A stretch of DNA of 64,000 nt from Candidatus Hydrogenedens sp. GTDB lineage: Bacteria; Hydrogenedentota; Hydrogenedentia; Hydrogenedentales; Hydrogenedentaceae. The position numbers and the translations under genes are program-made. Below the pieces are notes generated by a model that searched no databases, was not told where the DNA came from, and saw only the letters and a list, made by a program, of their open reading frames with translations. Below, one piece after another: positions 19,919 through 29,468 of this stretch (its first letter is position 1; each line of letters opens with the position of its first letter). The stretch covers positions 96,001-160,000 of the forward strand of contig JBMFRC010000006.1 in the NCBI GenBank assembly GCA_049968235.1. The letters are read 5' to 3'.

Positions 19919-21499
19919 TTACATTCTATTCAAATATGGGCAGTTGTTTATATCTTTCTTCATTATTACAATGTCTTCTGCAAAATTCAAGCATGCGGGT
20001 GCTCCACAAACTCCACAATCATAGCCGGGTAATTTTTTATTTATTTTTTCTATCTCACTAAGTTTCTGAATCGCTATTCTTACATCCTCATCAAGTCGCA
20101 CACCTTTCCGTGAATTGATAGTGGATACACGGTATATTGCATCTATTTTTTGATTTTCATATTTATGCTTCTGTTCATTCCAGAATGAATCAAAAATTAT
20201 TTTTGACATGGTGGGTTCTTCACCCCAATATGGAGAGCCAAAACAGCCATTATAGCAAGCATACAATTCCACCATTTTTATAGGGACAGGTAATTGTTTC
20301 TTTTCTATATTTTCTAAAAACGTTTTTACCTGCTCTATTCCAGATATTGTTACTATGCCATCATTGCTATTTTTGTCAATATTTATATTGTGTATTTTAT
20401 CTTTTTGTTTTTTCTTATTTGTTTCTTTATATATATCCATTATCATTTCAAATGATTTCTGGGGAGAAATCATTTGAATAGAAATATCTAAATTTTTATT
20501 GTTATTAACTGCGGATATCTGAGCAGGACAAGAAGGTATAAAAAAGATATTTCGTCTTTCAGCGAAACTACTTATCGCTGTTTCTATAGGTCCCAAATAG
20601 GGAGCAATATTATCAATCAATGAAGGATATTCCGTTTGTATCCAGTATAGGACTGCGGGACAAACGGGTAATATTAAAGGGAAATTAATTTTTTCATTGT
20701 TCTCAATATATTTTTGTGTTTCTTTTTGTAATACTTCCTCCCATAATACTAATGGAAATACTTCCAATCCTTTTCTGTGGAATTTTTCTTCGAACTCATC
20801 CCATGAATAATAAAGTAGAATAGAAGCAATCCATGGTGAGGGGGCGATAAGTATTCCCTGCTTTTCCTTTTCATGATTTTTCTCGCAATCCTCCAAATCA
20901 AATACTTTCGTAGGACATATCTTTATACATTCATTACAATTGATGCAATGGTGAGACAAAATATACAAGTTTTTTTCATACAGTCTTATGGCTTTTGTGG
21001 GACATCTTGATAGACATTGCAAACATTTTTTACATTTCTCTGCCGTTACATGAACATAACTATCAACTTTTGAAAAATCTTTGTCTGACTTTACAAATAT
21101 AAGTATTTTTAACAAAGTGCCTGTGGGCTCGCTATGTATAACAAAGTAGTCTGAATTTTTCCTTATGTTAGGTAAACCCATTCCTGCTCCGAAACCCATT
21201 TCTCTTGCTTCGTCGGGTGCAGTAGAGTACCCTTCCTGAACAGCAAGGTCAATTCGGGGAATACCGGGTCCTGTATCCTTAACTACAATCTCAATTTTTT
21301 CATCATCTATTGTAAAATTAATTTCTCCTCCATAAGAATGGATAATAACATTCATCTCCGACTCATAAACGGCAATCATAATCTTTCGGATTATTTCGGG
21401 GGCTATTGCCAACTTACTTAATATTTCTTTAATTTTTGAAGAAACCTGTCCGCCACCTAAATAATCTCCTTTTTTTACTGGATATGAACCTGTAATCAT
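19919..21499 (-). CDS. Fusion protein: GHKL ATPase (anti-sigma/serine-kinase-like) + 2x[4Fe-4S] ferredoxin + [FeFe]-hydrogenase large-subunit-like domain with degenerate H-cluster motifs + RnfB-type Fe-S domain
   Basis: The N-terminus has HATPase motifs (DTGPGI, GFGAGMGLP). Two ferredoxin motifs follow: CKKCLQCLSRCP and CINCNECIKICP. The next domain carries PVCPAVLYW, IPSCPAQ and ELYACYNGCFGSP, which correspond loosely to the hydrogenase motifs TSCCP, MPCxxK and ExMACxxGC. The C-terminal DCGVCGAPACLNFAE...NCP matches the RnfB N-terminal Fe-S (Cx2Cx4C...C) domain. Confidence 0.65.
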   Translation of the reverse strand: MITGSYPVKKGDYLGGGQVSSKIKEILSKLAIAPEIIRKIMIAVYESEMNVIIHSYGGEINFTIDDEKIEIVVKDTGPGIPRIDLAVQEGYSTAPDEAREMGFGAGMGLPNIRKNSDYFVIHSEPTGTLLKILIFVKSDKDFSKVDSYVHVTAEKCKKCLQCLSRCPTKAIRLYEKNLYILSHHCINCNECIKICPTKVFDLEDCEKNHEKEKQGILIAPSPWIASILLYYSWDEFEEKFHRKGLEVFPLVLWEEVLQKETQKYIENNEKINFPLILPVCPAVLYWIQTEYPSLIDNIAPYLGPIETAISSFAERRNIFFIPSCPAQISAVNNNKNLDISIQMISPQKSFEMIMDIYKETNKKKQKDKIHNINIDKNSNDGIVTISGIEQVKTFLENIEKKQLPVPIKMVELYACYNGCFGSPYWGEEPTMSKIIFDSFWNEQKHKYENQKIDAIYRVSTINSRKGVRLDEDVRIAIQKLSEIEKINKKLPGYDCGVCGAPACLNFAEDIVIMKKDINNCPYLNRM

Positions 21500-21840
21500 T
21501 GTTGTATTTTTCCCTTTTCAAATATTCCATAAATGACACCACAGGTTTCATACATCTCTAAGGAAGATACTAAAAGAAAGGCTTTATTTTCTTCCGCACT
21601 TTCTATCAACTCATGGATAGGTTCTGAGTCTGTAATAAGACATATAGCAGGAACATCAAATATATTAAACAACTGAACTAGAGAGATATGATTTAAGTGT
21701 GTAATTATCAATGTGTTTTCGCTGGCTGAATGAATTAAATCACTAATTCGGTCCCCTGCAAAAACTTTCCCTATTTCTGTTTTTTCCCCTTTAACAACAA
21801 CCTCTATACCTAATACCTTTATAATATCCTGTATATCCAC
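21496..21840 (-). CDS. DRTGG-domain protein (first gene of operon)
   Basis: A 114-aa protein whose stop overlaps the start of the downstream fusion gene by 4 nt (ATGA). Confidence 0.6.
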   Translation of the reverse strand: MDIQDIIKVLGIEVVVKGEKTEIGKVFAGDRISDLIHSASENTLIITHLNHISLVQLFNIFDVPAICLITDSEPIHELIESAEENKAFLLVSSLEMYETCGVIYGIFEKGKIQQ

Positions 21841-21907
21841 CTGAAAAACTCCAAAGTATATATCTATTCTATCAAAGATTTACTCTGGAGTGTATTTGAA
21901 AAAAGGA

Positions 21908-23431
21908 TTACTGTTCTTCTTCAGATTCCTTATCCTCTTTATTATTTCTTCCTGTTATTTTCATCTTTTCTAAATACTCATCTAAAGTAAGCCCACTTTC
22001 TCGGATTTTTTCAATATATTTAGATACTGCTTCAAAATAAGTAAAATCACATTTTCTTAGTCCTTCTTTAATCTCGTCTGTATTATTTCCTTCATTTCTT
22101 TCCAAAGAGCGTAGCAGTCGATTTTCAAATTCCATTTTTGAGAGCACTACTTTATATGTTTTATCTGCCACTAAATCTGTTTTTACTGCAACTTTATCTG
22201 GGGGGAACGACCTTTCATATTCTGCGTTTATTCCTGCCCATTCCGTTCTACTCCAGCCGTATTTAAGCAAATCAATTAAATATTGCTCAATTTGCTTTCC
22301 TGTCAATGTTATTTCGACCAGTTCTTTAGCGCGGTGTCCTGCTGTTAGATAGACAGCATTGTAATCTAATTTAGTGGGTGGAAATGTACTTCGAATAAGT
22401 AATCGCGGATGACAAAAGGCAATATCAGCATTGGCTCTTTCTTTAATTGCATTAGCACTTAATACTCCAATTTGACTTGTATTAATTAATTTTCTGTTAT
22501 CTATCAAAAACTCTGATGCGATTGGACATATCTTCTTCTCTTCTGCTGATACCCAATTTAAAATTCCTTCATCAGGTTTTATAATATCATGTTTCATTTC
22601 CACTACCTGGTTCGTATATCTACTAATCTTTTGCTTCTCATTATCTATCACCAATTTTAAATGCCCCGCATACATAGCATAGGAACCCGCCTGAACGATG
22701 ATTGCATTTGTATCTTCACACTGCCTTGCTTCCTTCAATAACTCGTGAGTATGTCCGGAAATAAACACAGAAATTTCAGGGATTTTTTTAGATATTTCTG
22801 CACAGGCGTTACTTCCAAGATGGCATAGTGCAATAATGAAATGACAACCTTGTTTTTTTAATTCATCAATCGCTTTTTTTAGTTCGGGAACAGATTCTCT
22901 GGCAACTTTCATTTCTTCACCACCTAATTTCACAACACCGATAAAACCTATGGGTAAATTTCCCACTTTTTTTACAACCCACGGCTTATAACAATGTTCT
23001 AAACCTTCTTTATAATTTGTTCCTACAAATTCTACTGAAGGTGACAGTTCCCTTAACTTGCAAAGTCGTTCAATTCCTTTATCATAATCATGATTTCCGA
23101 TAACCATCACATCATATTTCATTTGCTCTATGATCTTATACATCATTTCTCCATCAGTTAAATCCGCAACCATGTCTCCTTTATCTGTCAAATCACCTGC
23201 ATCAAGCAACAATACATCTGGATTTTCTTCCCTTACATTATTTACAAATCCTGCAATATAGGGAATTCCTCCTACACCCAAATAACCCGGTCGTATATGG
23301 TCGTGAATATCATTTGTATAAACAATATTAACTTCTACATCTTCTGAAAATAAATTAAAAGAAACCAAAAACAGTAAAATTACACTCAAAAGTACCCTCA
23401 AATAATAATTTTTGTTATTCTTTGTCAACAT
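21908..23431 (-). CDS. Secreted bifunctional metallophosphatase / 5'-nucleotidase (UshA-like)
   Basis: A signal peptide precedes calcineurin-like motifs (NDIHDH, GNHDYD), and a C-terminal 5'-nucleotidase substrate-binding domain follows. Confidence 0.8.
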   Translation of the reverse strand: MLTKNNKNYYLRVLLSVILLFLVSFNLFSEDVEVNIVYTNDIHDHIRPGYLGVGGIPYIAGFVNNVREENPDVLLLDAGDLTDKGDMVADLTDGEMMYKIIEQMKYDVMVIGNHDYDKGIERLCKLRELSPSVEFVGTNYKEGLEHCYKPWVVKKVGNLPIGFIGVVKLGGEEMKVARESVPELKKAIDELKKQGCHFIIALCHLGSNACAEISKKIPEISVFISGHTHELLKEARQCEDTNAIIVQAGSYAMYAGHLKLVIDNEKQKISRYTNQVVEMKHDIIKPDEGILNWVSAEEKKICPIASEFLIDNRKLINTSQIGVLSANAIKERANADIAFCHPRLLIRSTFPPTKLDYNAVYLTAGHRAKELVEITLTGKQIEQYLIDLLKYGWSRTEWAGINAEYERSFPPDKVAVKTDLVADKTYKVVLSKMEFENRLLRSLERNEGNNTDEIKEGLRKCDFTYFEAVSKYIEKIRESGLTLDEYLEKMKITGRNNKEDKESEEEQ

Positions 23432-23560
23432 AAACTACTCCTTTAAATGTTTTACATGTATATATAAAAATTTGACTATAATTACCTTTTTTAGGTTTAT
23501 TTTTCTTATATTTATATTTAAACAATTTGCTCTCAAAATTTATTGTAATAAGGAATAAAA

Positions 23561-24181
23561 ATGTCATTTCTTTCAAAACAGCCGTTTTTCTTATTCATAA
23601 CTTTATTTCTCTTTTCCTGCTCCAATGCTATTGTTCAGGAAACAAATCTAAAAGGAGAATTTAAAGTATTAGAAGTCCAACCTGTATCAGCCCCAATAAA
23701 TAATATCATTAAAAATGGTTCTTTTATAGAATGGCTCTCTGGAACGCGGGTTCCCTCAGGTTTTCTACCTCCTTTTTCTCAATACTCTTATGTAAATAAA
23801 AAAGCCAAAAAAGGAACCGGCTATGAAGTTGTTCAAAAGTGGATAAAAGCCGATGTAGGTGTGGACATAGGGAATATGTTTCGTACTTCTTTATCTGATT
23901 TACAACCGAATAGTTACATCTTTTCTGTAAATGCCACATTATTAAAAGGTCCAAAAGTTAATATAGGGATATGGAAAATATCCGAACCTGGCAAAATGGA
24001 ACCTTTTATAGACCCTCTTATAGAAGTCTTGGGCGAATTGAATAAACCTATTCATCTTGAAAAAGAATTCAAAATAGACCAAGGTGACACATATTTTTTA
24101 TGTGCCTATGCACCTGAAGGAACACCGCAAATTATCTGGTCAGACTGGATACTATCCGTAGCACCTACAAATAATAAGTAA
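23561..24181 (+). CDS. Hypothetical lipoprotein
   Basis: A signal peptide with a lipobox-like LFSCSN is present. No other motif was recognised. Confidence 0.45.
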   Translation: MSFLSKQPFFLFITLFLFSCSNAIVQETNLKGEFKVLEVQPVSAPINNIIKNGSFIEWLSGTRVPSGFLPPFSQYSYVNKKAKKGTGYEVVQKWIKADVGVDIGNMFRTSLSDLQPNSYIFSVNATLLKGPKVNIGIWKISEPGKMEPFIDPLIEVLGELNKPIHLEKEFKIDQGDTYFLCAYAPEGTPQIIWSDWILSVAPTNNK

Positions 24182-24186
24182 ATTTA

Positions 24187-24612
24187 TTATTCCCCTGTAA
24201 CTGTAATTCTTTTCCCTATAGAGACTGATTTCTTAGGTAGTGTTATTTTAAGTAAACCCATTTGCATTTCTGCGCTAACTTTATCTTCATCTATCTCATC
24301 AGCGAATTCAATAATCTTTTCAAAACTTCCATATAAACATTCGCAAAAAACTGTTTTTTCATCGCCTTCATCTGCTCTTCTTACTTTATTTCCGCGTATA
24401 CTCAATTTGTTTTTATCAATAGTCAACACAATATCTCCTTTCTTTACACCTGGCAATTCTACAAAAACATAATACTCTGCATTTGTTTCATAAACATCAG
24501 CAAGAGGTTCCCAGGGTTCACCTTCATTTAAACCTGTATTGAGACGACGCCATACTTCCATCATCAATTTTCGAGGCAATACTCGTAATGTATCAAAAGG
24601 GGAAATAAACAT
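24187..24612 (-). CDS. Small heat-shock protein, Hsp20/alpha-crystallin family
   Basis: An alpha-crystallin domain (DVYETNAEYYVFVELPGVKKGDI...ITV) is present in a protein of about 141 aa. Confidence 0.85.
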   Translation of the reverse strand: MFISPFDTLRVLPRKLMMEVWRRLNTGLNEGEPWEPLADVYETNAEYYVFVELPGVKKGDIVLTIDKNKLSIRGNKVRRADEGDEKTVFCECLYGSFEKIIEFADEIDEDKVSAEMQMGLLKITLPKKSVSIGKRITVTGE

Positions 24613-24748
24613 GGCATATTCTCCTATTTATATTTAGTTGTATCTACTATTATTATATACCAATAATGACTGGAAGTGTTTCGTTTTTCTGATAAAAATA
24701 TTCAATGTCCAATATATTTTTGAAGACAATTAATTGGAATTTACGAAA

Positions 24749-25957
24749 TTAACCGAATATTTCTCTGGCTGTATAAAACAACTTCGGAATATCTAAATAA
24801 TAAGGACATTGCTCCATAGCAGTTCTAATCTGCTCTTTTGATAGATTTTCGATATATTTTTGAATATCTTTATAACAATAACGAGCCCAACTTTCATCTC
24901 CGTATCTCTTTGCATACAAAATACATCGCCAGACATCTTGCACATGTAGTTCTTCCTGCATACCTTTTTCACAATGCTGGTTACAACCGGCACAATAAAG
25001 ATGTTGTGTCCTTTCTGCTATATTTCTCAACTGTTGTTTTTCCAACTCTGTTAATTTCATAGGTGTTATCGCTGCATACGCATTTTCATGAACATGTTGT
25101 ATATTCCCCATTTGGGATGCAATACCTGCAATCCGTTCATCTTCCCACACTGCTTTCAATTTTGCCTGTATTTTTGTAAAATTTTTTGATGTCCATGGTA
25201 ATAATTCTTCGCCATCATCCGGAATACTACCTAATGTTTTAATTGCTACCAGCCCTATTCCTGCTTCTGTGCATGCATCTATTGCTCTATTTAAATTATC
25301 CTTTCCCATTTCACGAAAACTATACTTAAACATAATCACATCAATTCCTCCTCCTAGCTTGCTGGCTTTCATCATAAGTTCATGTGCATTCCCGTGATGA
25401 GCACTAAAACCAAAATAGCGTATTTTTCCCTCTTTTTTTAATTTATCCCCCATATCTATAAACTCTTTGTCCAAAAATCGTTCGTGCTTAACAATATGCA
25501 TGTAAAAAATATCTAAATAATCTGTCTCCAATTCCTGCAACGACAAATTTATATTCTCAACAAACTTTTCAGGAGTGGCTTTGTCCTCTGTTTGATGAAC
25601 TTTGGATGCAATTATCAACTTTTTTCTATCCCCAATTTGTTTAATAAAAGGAGCTATCGTTTTATGAGATTGTCCTTCTGCATACATTTGGGCAGTATCT
25701 AAATGATTTACCCCTAATTCGTATGCACGATGCAATCTTCTATCATATACCGGATCCAAATTTTGACAACATCCCATAATCAGGATAGGTGTTACAATAT
25801 CCGTTTTACCTAATTTCCTGACTGGAACCTTAGTTCCGGGAGGTATTTTCCAGGAACTCGGCTTATTTTCAGTCTCTTCCGAAAAACTTGTTTTAGTTAA
25901 TATGCTTGCTGTAGTTACTGTTTTAATTGTTTGTTCGATAAAATCTCTTCGATTCAT
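24749..25957 (-). CDS. Tat-signal aldo/keto reductase with Cys-rich C-terminal extension
   Basis: The N-terminus reads MNRRDFIEQ..., a twin-arginine RRxFI motif followed by a hydrophobic stretch. An AKR core follows (HLDTAQMY, GFSAH). The C-terminal 80 aa or so contain CAGCNQHC, C...C and CPYY. Confidence 0.7.
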   Translation of the reverse strand: MNRRDFIEQTIKTVTTASILTKTSFSEETENKPSSWKIPPGTKVPVRKLGKTDIVTPILIMGCCQNLDPVYDRRLHRAYELGVNHLDTAQMYAEGQSHKTIAPFIKQIGDRKKLIIASKVHQTEDKATPEKFVENINLSLQELETDYLDIFYMHIVKHERFLDKEFIDMGDKLKKEGKIRYFGFSAHHGNAHELMMKASKLGGGIDVIMFKYSFREMGKDNLNRAIDACTEAGIGLVAIKTLGSIPDDGEELLPWTSKNFTKIQAKLKAVWEDERIAGIASQMGNIQHVHENAYAAITPMKLTELEKQQLRNIAERTQHLYCAGCNQHCEKGMQEELHVQDVWRCILYAKRYGDESWARYCYKDIQKYIENLSKEQIRTAMEQCPYYLDIPKLFYTAREIFG

Positions 25958-26043
25958 TTTAATATACCTTAAATACAGTTGCTTTTATAATTCACACTTT
26001 GTTATAAATTATAATTAAACTAAAACACATAAGGAGTACTTTT

Positions 26044-26451
26044 ATGCCATTAATTCAATGGAACGATTCTTTAAGTGTCGGCATTCCTTCTATGGATACA
26101 CAACATCAAAAATTAATCAATATTATAAATCGACTACATGATGCTATGCGTGAAGGAAAAGGGAAAGATATTATATCCCCCGTATTAACGGAGTTACATA
26201 ATTATACCGTTACTCACTTTACAGCAGAAGAAAAATTAATGGAACAATGTAAATACAGTGGTCTTGCCGTTCAGAAACAACAACATAATAATTTTGTCAA
26301 TCAAATTAAAAAGTATCAGTCTGACTATGAAAAAGGTTCATTAACTCTTCCTCTTTCGGTTTCCAATTACTTAAAAGACTGGCTTATTAATCATATTCAG
26401 GGTCTGGATAAAAAATATGAGACATCTATGAAATCAGCAGGAATTAAATAG
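26044..26451 (+). CDS. Bacteriohemerythrin (hemerythrin-like di-iron protein), copy 1
   Basis: The protein contains MDTQHQ...HFTAEE...QHNNF...WLINHIQGLDKKY, a His/Glu/Asp iron-ligand pattern. Confidence 0.85.
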   Translation: MPLIQWNDSLSVGIPSMDTQHQKLINIINRLHDAMREGKGKDIISPVLTELHNYTVTHFTAEEKLMEQCKYSGLAVQKQQHNNFVNQIKKYQSDYEKGSLTLPLSVSNYLKDWLINHIQGLDKKYETSMKSAGIK

Positions 26452-26462
26452 GAGAAATATCT

Positions 26463-26870
26463 ATGGCTTTTCTCAATTGGAACGATAATTTTAATATTGG
26501 AATATTTCAAATTGATGCTCAACATAAAAATCTGGTTAATATTATTAATCAGTTATATGAAGCGATGAGTGTAGGGAAAGGAAAAGAAATTATTGGGAAA
26601 ATTGTAAAAGAATTGGCGGGTTATACAATTACTCATTTTGGCACTGAAGAGAAACTCATGCAGGAACATGGCTATCCTGAATTGCCTCAACATAAAAAAG
26701 AACATGAACTTTTTGTTAAAAAAGTTCAGGAATTTAATAATGAAATTCAAAAAGGGAATCTTATCATTGTTTCTAATGTTGCCAATTTCTTGAAGGAATG
26801 GTTGATAAAACATATTCAAGGAACCGATAAGAAATATGGTCCATTTTTAAAGGGAAAAGGGGTAAAATAG
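26463..26870 (+). CDS. Bacteriohemerythrin, copy 2 (tandem paralogue)
   Basis: It has the same length and motif pattern as copy 1 (IDAQHKN...HFGTEE...WLIKHIQGTDKKY) and starts 12 nt after copy 1 ends. Confidence 0.85.
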   Translation: MAFLNWNDNFNIGIFQIDAQHKNLVNIINQLYEAMSVGKGKEIIGKIVKELAGYTITHFGTEEKLMQEHGYPELPQHKKEHELFVKKVQEFNNEIQKGNLIIVSNVANFLKEWLIKHIQGTDKKYGPFLKGKGVK

Positions 26871-26948
26871 GAACTGTTATATATACCGTTTTTTAGCATG
26901 TTATAACCAATATATTTGAAATGACACTACATTAACTATGAAACCGAC

Positions 26949-28217
26949 ATGTTTGAACCTAAATATATTTCGTTATTAATTTTTATTTTATTGTATCTCC
27001 TGTTCTTCATCCTGCCTTCGCGTAGAAGTATTACTGCTATTATTGCATCTACTATTATCCTAATTACAGGAATAATGGCACCTACAGAATTTTTCTTAGC
27101 CATTAACTGGAATGTGATGGGTATTTTTGTAGGTATGCTTTTTCTTGCAGATATTTTTATTGATAGTCGCTGTCCTGCTTTCTTAGCCACTTATCTCATT
27201 CATAAAAAAATGAGCACGCCTGTTGCTTTATTAGTAATTTGTGGACTAGCTTCATTTATTTCTGCATTTGTAGAAAATGTTGCTACTGTTCTCATTATCG
27301 CTCCTATATGTTTTGAATTGGCAAAACGATTAAAAATTGACCCGCGTGAATTAATAATCGGTATTGCGATTTCGAGCAATTTACAGGGAACAGCAACTTT
27401 AATTGGAGACCCACCCAGTATGCTTTTAGCGGGGTATGTGCATCTTAACTTTTTAGATTTCTTTTTTTACCATGGTAAACCCGGAATTTTCTTTGCAATA
27501 CAGATAGGTGCTATTACTTCCTTAACTTTTCTTTACTGGACATTCAAAAAATATAAAAGTGAACAGGAAGTAAGTATTGAACCTATAAAATCGTGGATAC
27601 CTACTTTCCTTCTTTTATTGTTAATTTTCCTGCTTGCCCTTGCATCGTTTTTTGAAGAAAGTTTTTTCACATCCGCAGGATTTATTTGTATGGTAATTGC
27701 AGGTATAGGTCTTATCTGGGCAAAGTATACCAGTAAAATCTCTATAATAAATAGCATTAAAGAACTCGACTGGGACACTACTTTGTTTCTTCTTGGTGTA
27801 TTTATAATGGTGGGCACTTTAAATAAATTTGGCTGGACGAACGATATTGCAGAATTAATATACAAATATGTGGGAAATAATAAAATTGTGATATATTTTG
27901 CTCTTATCATTATATCCATTGTTTTATCTGGATTTATTGATAATGTCCCATATCTCGCAGCAATGCTACCTATTACAACAATCCTTGCAGAAAAAGGAGG
28001 TTTCAATCCTACCTTACTTTATTTCGGCTTGCTTATCGGTGCCAGTCTTGGAGGAAATATAACTCCTATTGGGGCATCAGCAAATATTGTGGGAACAGGG
28101 TTGCTAAAAAAGGAAGGCTATCCTGTATCATTTATGCAATGGATAAAAATTTCCATTCCATTTACCCTTATTGCGGTTATCCCCGCATCTATATTTGTTT
28201 TATTTATATGGTTATAG
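26949..28217 (+). CDS. ArsB/NhaD-superfamily ion/anion permease
   Basis: A polytopic membrane protein with GTATLIGDPPSMLLAG and GGNITPIGASANIV motifs, typical of ArsB/NhaD/CitMHS permeases. Confidence 0.7.
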   Translation: MFEPKYISLLIFILLYLLFFILPSRRSITAIIASTIILITGIMAPTEFFLAINWNVMGIFVGMLFLADIFIDSRCPAFLATYLIHKKMSTPVALLVICGLASFISAFVENVATVLIIAPICFELAKRLKIDPRELIIGIAISSNLQGTATLIGDPPSMLLAGYVHLNFLDFFFYHGKPGIFFAIQIGAITSLTFLYWTFKKYKSEQEVSIEPIKSWIPTFLLLLLIFLLALASFFEESFFTSAGFICMVIAGIGLIWAKYTSKISIINSIKELDWDTTLFLLGVFIMVGTLNKFGWTNDIAELIYKYVGNNKIVIYFALIIISIVLSGFIDNVPYLAAMLPITTILAEKGGFNPTLLYFGLLIGASLGGNITPIGASANIVGTGLLKKEGYPVSFMQWIKISIPFTLIAVIPASIFVLFIWL

Positions 28218-28264
28218 GTAAGATAAAATTGAGCATTAATAAATTTCTATCAAGGAGTCTTGCT

Positions 28265-29347
28265 ATGCCATTATTCTGTTTGCTTATCTCTTCATGCGTT
28301 GTTCTACATAATCCTCCTATCCTATCAACTGAAGATTTCATATCAATAGTTCAAAATAGCGGGGGAACTGTAAACTATATTTTTGAAGATGAACGACCCT
28401 TCAAAGAATGCCATGCCTCTACAATAGTCGAAACAGCGGAAGGGAATATCCTATCCGCATGGTTTGGAGGAACAAAAGAAAAAAATCCAGATGTGGCTAT
28501 CTGGCTATCCCGATGGGACGGCAAAGAATGGACCACACCTAAAAAAATAGCCAAAGTACGTGAAGAAGCACATTGGAATCCTGTTCTATTCAAAGACCAG
28601 GATAATATTATCTATTTGTTTTTCAAGGTAGGGAAAGATGTACCCATTTGGTCCACTTATTGGATGAAAACAGAGGATAACGGAAAGACCTGGTCAGAAC
28701 CGATCGAACTGGTACCGGGTGATATTGGCGGTAGAGGTCCCGTAAAAAATAAACCTATCATCCTGCATGACGGGACATGGCTTGCTCCTGCTTCGACCGA
28801 AATTAAAGGTTGGCGTTGTTTTGCGGACAGGAGCAATGATAAAGGCGTAACATGGATACGAAGTGATGATTGGAATATCGAATCCTCCGGAATTCGTGGG
28901 AAAGGCGTTATCCAGCCTACTTTCTGGGAATCTCAGCCTAATTATGTTCATGCACTCATGCGTTCCACAGGTGGCTGTATTGCCCGCTGTGACTCAGAAG
29001 ATGGCGGAAAAACATGGGGAAAAGTTTATCGTACCGATTTGCCAAATAACAATAGTGGTATTGACCTTATCAAAAATACAGACGGCGTTCTCTGGTTAGT
29101 TTATAATCCCATCAGCGGGAACTGGGGACCTCGCAATTCTTTAATGTTTGCATATTCCAGAGATAATGGCAAAACATGGACAAATTTCGTTTATCTCGAA
29201 AAGAATTTAATCCCCACTCATGAATACTCTTATCCTGCCATTATTACCACACATAAAGGGATTGCTATTTCTTACACATGGCGTCGAGAACGAATAAAAT
29301 TCTGGGAAATCCCCAATGATGTCCTAAAAAAATATATAACCCTATAA
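28265..29347 (+). CDS. BNR/Asp-box repeat exo-alpha-sialidase-like glycosidase, secreted
   Basis: Four Asp-box motifs (TEDNGKTW, SNDKGVTW, SEDGGKTW, SRDNGKTW) are present with a hydrophobic N-terminus. I chose the ATG at 28265, which has an aaggag RBS, over the upstream ATG at 28139, which overlaps the permease gene. Confidence 0.75.
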   Translation: MPLFCLLISSCVVLHNPPILSTEDFISIVQNSGGTVNYIFEDERPFKECHASTIVETAEGNILSAWFGGTKEKNPDVAIWLSRWDGKEWTTPKKIAKVREEAHWNPVLFKDQDNIIYLFFKVGKDVPIWSTYWMKTEDNGKTWSEPIELVPGDIGGRGPVKNKPIILHDGTWLAPASTEIKGWRCFADRSNDKGVTWIRSDDWNIESSGIRGKGVIQPTFWESQPNYVHALMRSTGGCIARCDSEDGGKTWGKVYRTDLPNNNSGIDLIKNTDGVLWLVYNPISGNWGPRNSLMFAYSRDNGKTWTNFVYLEKNLIPTHEYSYPAIITTHKGIAISYTWRRERIKFWEIPNDVLKKYITL

Positions 29348-29468
29348 TTTCTTCTATCCCTCTGCAAATGGATATTTACATCCACAACGAATAAATCCGT
29401 TGAAACAATTTGTTTTCTATTCGTGTCTTATATGAAACACAAAATTCTCATACTTTAAGGATTTTATC

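Noticed and set aside
27533-28006. 157-aa antisense ORF within the ArsB/NhaD permease gene
   Set aside because: It is opposite a clear polytopic membrane protein ORF and there is no independent support.
28139-28264. Upstream ATG giving a 402-aa version of the BNR/sialidase-like gene
   Set aside because: It would overlap the permease gene by 79 nt and has no RBS. The ATG at 28265 has an AAGGAG RBS and begins with a hydrophobic signal-like segment.
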